From the NCBI GenBank assembly GCA_000934665.2, contig KZ538011.1, positions 1-64,000 on the forward strand: 64,000 nucleotides of DNA, read 5' to 3'. Made by a program: the position numbers and the translations under genes. Below the pieces are notes generated by a model. That model did no database searches and had not been told where the DNA came from. It saw only the letters and a list, made by a program, of their open reading frames with translations. Each line of letters begins with the position of its first letter. The stretch's first letter is position 1. Of this stretch, positions 59,571 to 64,000 are shown in pieces. Source of the DNA: Catajapyx aquilonaris (lineage: Eukaryota).

Positions 59571-62500
59571 TATAGTTTGTGGAAAATTGCATTCCAGACT
59601 TTGCGGGCTCCGAAAAGACCTCAGTGCGTGGCAAAATTTACGTCTACTTTGGATAATAGCTCTAACACAGCTCCTGAGCGCAATTTATTTAATTGCTTGC
59701 CCCCGCAGGTTGTCCGTGATGCTTATTATCCTCTAGTTACGGCAGAGACGGGCTTTTGTCATTGACCAGCCTGAAGGTCAACCGGGTTCACGTCGTATGC
59801 AAAATGATTGCCATCAGGTCGTTTCAGCAGCAACGTTGTAACTTTGAGGGGTTTGCGATGCCGGTAATTAAACGTGTCGGACTATGCTCTCGGGAGGACC
59901 CAGGGAATAACGGAGAAGGTTGCATGACTTCGATTTGATGAGAGGAGGGGGACAACTCGGCCCTTTTGTCGCTTTGAAAATTCCTCTTGAATATGGGATG
60001 ATGTACCGACTGAGAAGAGAGATGAAAATACATATAAAAAAAAAGAAAAGAGAAAAGTCTGGACAAGGAGCAAAGCCGTTTCCAGCGAGCCCGAGTGTAG
60101 CGAAGATGGCGCCGGCGCCTCGGATCTTGGCTTTCATCTCAAGCAGATGACGTGATTCACTCCGGTGCAGCTTACTATGAGATTATCTATTTTTCTCTAG
60201 CTCTCGCCGCGCACGGGTTGGGACGTGGATGCCTTGCAGAGAGAGATGGGGTAACAACTTCATAGAGTCTTCCAAGAAGTGTTTGTTTCAGTTGGCTCTT
60301 TTTTGCGCCACACGTGTCACTTACTGTTAGATTTTTCCGATAATGTTCAGTTACGTGGACCCAACTCCTCTGTACACATTTGCGTAAATCATTGTTATCA
60401 ACATAATCCCGCATACTCCTAATTAAGGTTCCTCCTCTGACTGCTGCTGAGTAACCCTGTTACAGTGTACTGTACACAGCACCCATTTTCAGATTGCAGC
60501 TAATTTTCTAATTACACTCTACAGTAGCAGGGCAGTCGAATGTTGGTTTGCGTCGCAAAATGTAGCCTCAGTGTGCAGCAGGTGTGGGACTAACATGGGT
60601 GTAAATGTGACAAAACCATTAAGCTCTAAAAGTTAAGAAATTTTATGAGTTTGAATTAACAGCACACACGGCACAAATAAATCCCAGGATTTGTACACGG
60701 TAAACATGTTCTGGAATGTTATCAAGGTTTTATGATCAGCTTGGGAAGTTCTGATTAACATATGCACCTCTTATTACTTTCAGTTTAACTACTTATTCAG
60801 GTTTTAAAATGCAATGAATTCCATTTATTCGTTACCAGTTGGTCTTAAATATTTCTCAGAACTATAGTTATTATATGTCTAGGACCAACTCTTGCACAGT
60901 GATATTCCACTAGCAAAAACACCATGTATAGTTGGCGACAGTAATGGGTTAACATACGCCTACTTTAGGTATTCCATTATTAAAGTGCGTGTCAAGGTGC
61001 ATCCTGGTATGATGCCCAATTAGATGATTAAAAGTGCGTTTAAATTTTAATGCTGTTGAAATGAAAGCATACGTTCATATTTTCCTTTTTGAAAAAAAAA
61101 ATCGCCTGAATTCACCACATTAATTTCTGAAAGTTCGTCCCCGCTACACTTGGAATGTGAAAGGCCAAGCTGGAGTGTAAACGCAACGATCTCTCAAAAA
61201 GTTTTGCGACTTTGGAAACTTTTCCGATCCTTGCTGCTGGTGCAAAAACGCAAACATGGCATTTTATAGGCTGTTGCTGATATCCGAATACGTTGGCAGA
61301 AAAAAAGCCAGCTGCAACTGACAGTTAACATGTTATTTAATATCGAAGTGAAAAGTAGGTTTACTGCCCAAACTGCCAAAGTTCAAGAGTGAAGTAATGG
61401 AAAAAGTTACAGACCTATTTCAGTTACCAATTAAAAATAAAATCAGCAATTCACATGCTGTTATTTACACTGATTGCGAGAGTGAGCAAAATTGGGGCAC
61501 CATGCCAGTCGCCATGGCATATACATAGCCCCAATCGCCTTGAGCAACTTTTGATTGCAATACATCCGAAAGATCCATTTTTAGATCGTGGTGCTGATCG
61601 CAATTTCTCATTAGGTTCGGAGCCGGGAAATATTCCGGGGCTTATAAAACACGCTCATCTCGCAAACCATCCGTGCCAAAAAGCCTCCCTGCTCGAAATT
61701 GGCTTGTCATTCCATTTCGCCAACATTGATTGATCTATTTCCGTAGAGGCAAACATTGACTTCGGTTTCTGGAAAAGATCTCTCGCCTGGTCGGACATTG
61801 TTATCCTGATTACTCCTGGGGGTTAAGCGACAAGCTGATGTTTCGCGATTTTTTTTAGCTTTCTCCCTACACATTATAAGCCCACTCCTTGTGTTAGGAT
61901 TGACAAGTTTCCGTATGTTTTCTTCTTCTTTCCTTACTTGCAAAACTTTCGCCCTTGGGACGCTTGGAGAGGGGGAAAAAAATCCAGTCAATTTCCTGTC
62001 CACTCAAAAGTTCAGATTGAGTCTGAGACGAATAGAAATAGATATAAGGTTTCCACCACCGAGAGACAATTGTCTGTTTATCTTTGCCATGTTCATTGGA
62101 AGTGCGTCGCAACTGACTGACGCTTTTTGTTATACATGTCAAAAATCAACTAATTAGCTCCCCATAGGCCTCAAAATTTGCTCCAAATTTTGAGGCACGA
62201 TCTGGCTAATTAGCAAATAGCTGTCTATCGAATTTTTTTTGTGGGTGTGGGGTGGGTTGGGATTGTCCTGTCATTGTCATTACCGCCACATGCATGACAT
62301 GATGGCAATTAGGTTTCGGCTGCATCATCTGATTTAATTGTGGAATTAGAGCGTACAACCACTTGACACAACTGACGTCATTTGTTTCCTCATTTTTGTG
62401 GAATTATAATTTAGTACATTCATGCCAAACTACATTTTAAATGACGTAGCGTTTTCCAAAATTGTGTATAACTGACTGTTATAGCCTGCATAGTAGGCCG

Positions 62501-64000
62501 CAATGTAGGCAGCAATTACGGATTATTTTCTCAAAAATATTTGCAAAAATTGACCCCCATATGGGATAATGCACTTTTAATTATTTTAAATTGCAATTTC
62601 TTGAAATAATGTCATTCTGATAGTTCTGCATTTAAAACAACTTAGAACTGCACTTTTGCATTTCCCTAAAATACTTCATTGCTGCAAAAGTACACAGGCC
62701 ATTATTAACCGCTTTTCAGTGCGAAGAACAGACGAAGGTAAGAAAAGCGGTAATCGATAGTGTACTTGACAAAATTGATGTGAACCATCTCCAGTGGTAG
62801 ACAAAAAAAAGGAGGGAACAGTAGTCCTTGAGGGAGCTCGGAGGCATCTGAGGACCGATTGTCTCTTTTAACAGGAACCTGAAACTTGAGCACCACCTTC
62901 CATGTCCCAGCATCCTATCCGCTCTGCAATATTAAGCGCATCAGGTAGAGATTGATGGTCTCTAAGGATCTACACAAGGTTGCAACCCAGTATCTCCGGG
63001 GGAGAATTAAAGTGGACGGGGCAGAAAATAATTTATTACTGTTCCATTAGGCGAACTAATTGGTGTTTGCACTTCAATTGATCAGCACGGGATCAAAAAT
63101 TTGATTGACCGATTTACAAATTTAATTCCCACACACGTTGCTGATTGGATTAGTTAATGGAAACTACTGAATTCGTAAAATAGGCAGGTGCAGTACTTTC
63201 ATGTATCAGTGACCCAAGTTCAGGCAATGAGTCGATCAGACATTGATAAACCAATATAATTAATGGTACTGACCTGATATAATAAAGAACATTTTTTTAA
63301 AAAAAGGTCAATTTGAGCCACATTCCTATGAAAAAACCAGTGACCAGAAGATGCTTCGCATTTTTTGGTGCAACCGTACGTGAATGCCACGCCTAGGTAA
63401 AATTACTCTCTGATTAATTAACCATTGCGACATACCTCCCTGCTGATTCACACGCCCTTCCGTGTTGGCTAAATTTTTTATGCACTCAAAAACGCAGGGG
63501 TCATTTCCCTCCTTATTGGTCCACATTTCATTGAAAAGGTTTGCTTGTGTCGACCCATCACAGAACATGCAATGTCCTACAAAAGAGAGACGGCGGGACA
63601 CACAAAAGACGAGCACTCTCTTTCCAATATGTCATTGTTGCCGGAATACAGTGCAAGATGATTGAATTTTGACCACCCCTCTTTTTTGTGGTTGGTTATT
63701 GTACAACATCCCAGGTACAGTCCAAAATGAAATTTTTGTGAACAAGGAGAAACATTTTTTTTCTTCTTTCGACCCATCCCTGGGAGACGTCACATTGCTC
63801 TGAATATCCAGGCGGCTTTTCCGAATCTCTCTCGTCAACAGGATGTAATTCCGGAGGTTCGCGGCTTCCCCGACATCAATTATTAATGCGCGAGCACATT
63901 TTCCTCGCGCCTGACTGGCTTATAGAAGAGATAAGTTAGTGCAGAGTATAGAGAAGGAGGAAGGTGGGGTCGGAAAAAAAATCGAAAATGTGTGAGAGGA

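Noticed and set aside
48400..64000. Short ORFs or conserved miRNAs in the distal region
   Set aside because: No ORF shows a recognisable domain, and I saw no match by eye to conserved miRNAs I recall. An Rfam/miRBase scan is needed to exclude them.

Overview
This is eukaryotic (most likely arthropod) genomic DNA with GT-AG introns, many only about 50-100 nt long. Genes in order: (1) a nanos-family CCHC zinc-finger gene (+), unusually long, with a 54-bp coding tandem repeat and a frame break; (2) a stand-alone PTP catalytic-domain unit (-) lying in tandem behind (3) an R3-type receptor tyrosine phosphatase with about 11-12 FN3 exons, a TM segment, one PTP domain and a YxN tail (-); (4) RpL10A/uL1 (-), head-to-head with (5) a THAP-domain gene with an intronless CDS and P-element-like architecture (+); (6,7) a tandem pair of KCTD9 genes (-), one canonical and one strongly diverged with different introns; (8) CCDC142 (+). 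The stretches at about 33-42 kb and 48.5-64 kb look non-coding. There are many non-autonomous DNA transposons (hAT/Buster with a perfect 8-bp TSD, Tc1/mariner and pogo-type MITEs, Harbinger-like, Chapaev-like), one tRNA-derived SINE, and two intronic foldback elements made of two inverted transposase 5' ends. All calls come from reading the sequence and recalled family motifs; no searches were run. I found no clearly novel multi-gene system. The best leads are the duplicated PTP domain that could be spliced in as an alternative C-terminus, the repeat-expanded nanos, and the intronic double-left-end foldbacks.
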